Assembly: GCA_000934665.2 (NCBI GenBank)
Contig: JYFJ02002919.1
Coordinates: 1 to 48,884 of the forward strand
DNA length: 48,884 nucleotides
From: Catajapyx aquilonaris
Lineage: Eukaryota
Direction: 5' to 3'
A program made the translations under genes and the position numbers. The notes beneath the pieces are model-generated. The model worked only from the letters and a program-made list of their open reading frames with translations. It ran no database searches and was not told the origin of the DNA. Below are positions 46,705 through 48,884 of this stretch, piece by piece; positions within the stretch are counted from its first letter, which is position 1; each line of letters starts with the position of its first letter.

Positions 46705-47162
46705 TCACTTAGGTGTTGGGTACGAGCAGTTGTATGAATTACTTTCAGATGACCTGAATTGCACAAGAATGACGAGATAAGTCGTTACATAGATGCCGCA
46801 ATCTGTAAGAAGAAAAATGTATGGTGCTGAATGTGTCTTTATATGGTGCAAGTAAGTTACTGGTATATTCCTATTGGCTATTGCATTGTTAGAGATCAGT
46901 AGATAGGAACATACTGATGTGATCAGACCGTTACTGATGATGAAGTAATTGGCTGCAGTGAACTGAACTGGAGGACCGCTCATCCTTTGAATCAACGTCT
47001 GGACCTGTCACAATAAGCAGGGAACATTCAGTCAGATTATTACTAAGAAATAAAAATGGAAGGAAGTCAGTGAACGTTGTTTGACCCCCTGACCTGTTCT
47101 TGGCAGTCCTGACTCAGGTTCAACTTGCGAATTTTGAGCAAGTGCTTCAGAGGCTGGGTGGA
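46705..47162 (-). pseudogene. Gustatory receptor (7tm_7) C-terminal exons 47162-47094, 47004-46915, 46802-46705; frameshifted in the last exon
   Basis: PVQFTAANYFII and the diagnostic TYLVILVQF motif; phase-0 introns and a 90-nt penultimate exon, as typical of GRs. Canonical splicing gives IAASM* before the TY motif. Confidence 0.75.
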
Positions 47163-47803
47163 CTGCAAATTAATGTCGGATATCCACCTCATTATTCTAA
47201 TTTTATTCTTACGGGACTTGCGCATTATAGTCTAGACTGATTTCCGAAAAAAGTAGTGCATGTGAGGTGCATTTTTGAGTAGATGTTGGGAACCACATTT
47301 TTAAACATAAATAGAATGCGCTGAATCCAATAGACCCGGTTTCCAAGCCGAATATTGATTGCTAGACCTCGTAATTAGCCAAAACAAAATGGCTGTCAAT
47401 GTCCGTAATAATTAATACGGAAATATATTTCATAACTCTGGAACGGCTGAAAGGATTTGATTGATTTCTTCGGGTAATATAAAAGACCATAAATGTATAG
47501 GTCAAACAAGTGGTTTGCGTAGGGGTCAAAGTATAGGTCAAAGGTCAAACGGTCAAAGGCGTTCGAATGTATTTTTTGACGGAAGCAGTGTTTGTTTTCC
47601 TTCAAAATGTCATTCAACACGACTTTGACCTTTGATGCAGCAGTCACACGTGGACGTATAACTTACCACTTTCACCCCAAAATGAATGTACCGCTATACC
47701 ACATGCCTCTTATTAGTATTTTTAATTTTCTAATTTTTTGATTTTTGATTTTAAAAAAAAAACAACATTCATACAAGTGGTACAAGCACACATTGAAGTG
47801 CAC

Positions 47804-48470
47804 CTCAGTTCCGATTTGCGACATTTGCAGCTCCTGCTCACGCAGTGTTTCTTGCATGAACATGATAATTATCATCTCGGTGCAACCATCGATGACATCA
47901 GAATAGGCTCTCGTCCTGAATCACCCCGTTTCCATCCCATATTCACAGCCACAGGAAGGTTAGGCGTGGCACAATGAGCATTTCTCCACACCATAGCTTG
48001 GTAGTGTACTCTCAATCTCTCATCAAGTACAAATGAAGAGAATCACGTCTTGTAGGTGACATTGCTTCTGGCTTACAAGTTACAACCCTTGGAAAACAAT
48101 ATTATATCTTGCTGTATCAACTGAGTCTGTCGTGTGCACAGCATTATATAATTACTAGTAGGATACCCGGCGTTGCTCGGGTTATGAAATACTTTTCCAT
48201 GTAGGTGTAAGTCATTGATTTGGTAGTAACCTTTGAAGTAATTATGGCTATACATAATGTTGGCATACCTGTAACATGGAGCATATTGCATGTGCATGAA
48301 GTCCAAACTCCAAACTGCGGATGTCAGATTGTAAGAGAGTGCACAATACGCCTTAAAAATCCAGCAAAAGTATGGAAAAATTGAAGGCTGTGCAGTAAAT
48401 GTAGAATAGCTTTGAAAGACAGGCACCTCTCTTAGTCATTCTCCAACCCCAAAAATAATGGCAAACCTGG
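47804..48470 (-). pseudogene. Possible degenerate upstream exon(s) of the gustatory receptor
   Basis: Hydrophobic ORF pieces in several frames, and a phase-0 GAG|GTGCAC donor after SQIGTE. No continuous ORF. Confidence 0.3.
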
Positions 48471-48884
48471 CCTGGATGACTGTGCCAGCAGGCAGCTATG
48501 GGGTCGCTGGAGTACTCAAGGCCCACCACCACGTTAAGGTTAAGGCGGCGCATTAGTAAAAATACGGTAGGTGCATTTTTCAGGGAATTTAAAAACTTCG
48601 TGGCGAAACGTACCGTTAATCGGAAAAATCACGAAGAAGGTGCCCTGCGCAAAGGTTTGGCCTTTACTATATGGTGTTACCATACTCGATATGAATGCAT
48701 TAAAATTGTGGACATACGGGCGCAGAAGCGTTCCCGACTTTGTCGCGTTCCTGCCGCCATTCGAATGGGCTTTTGGGGAACGCCATTTTCCTTTCACTTC
48801 AACTCGATGAAAAGGTCACTTCTAGGCCGAAAATGGTAAAATGACGACGAAGGTGCCCTGCGCCAGATCATGTCCTATATTTTT

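Noticed and set aside
48498..48884. ORFs at the right edge
   Set aside because: No recognisable protein. Repeated CGAAGAAGGTGCCCTGCGC-like motifs suggest a truncated repeat element that cannot be classified here.

Overview
Gene-dense, intron-containing eukaryotic DNA, most likely arthropod (Dlish, gustatory-receptor and tRNA-SINE signatures; most introns 50-60 nt). Left to right: first exon of a minus-strand secreted-protein gene; RPL13A (5 exons, GC-AG first intron) hosting four clear and one weaker intronic C/D-box snoRNA; a long trinucleotide microsatellite; a 3-exon secreted His/Asp/Tyr-rich protein; Dlish (3xSH3); MRPS15 (minus) head-to-head with the ~25-exon helicase ASCC3; a same-strand, CDS-intronless, divergent cytohesin (Sec7+PH) gene nested in the only large coding intron of ASCC3; TRAPPC5; a minus-strand SLC3/rBAT-like GH13 pseudo-enzyme with a ~1,200-aa acidic repeat N-terminus; three mosaic GT31 beta-1,3-galactosyltransferase-like genes plus a fragment, interspersed with a Kolobok-type MITE and three tRNA-derived SINE copies; and a frameshifted gustatory receptor. 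Exon boundaries were read by eye from splice signals, and family assignments rest on remembered motifs, not database searches.
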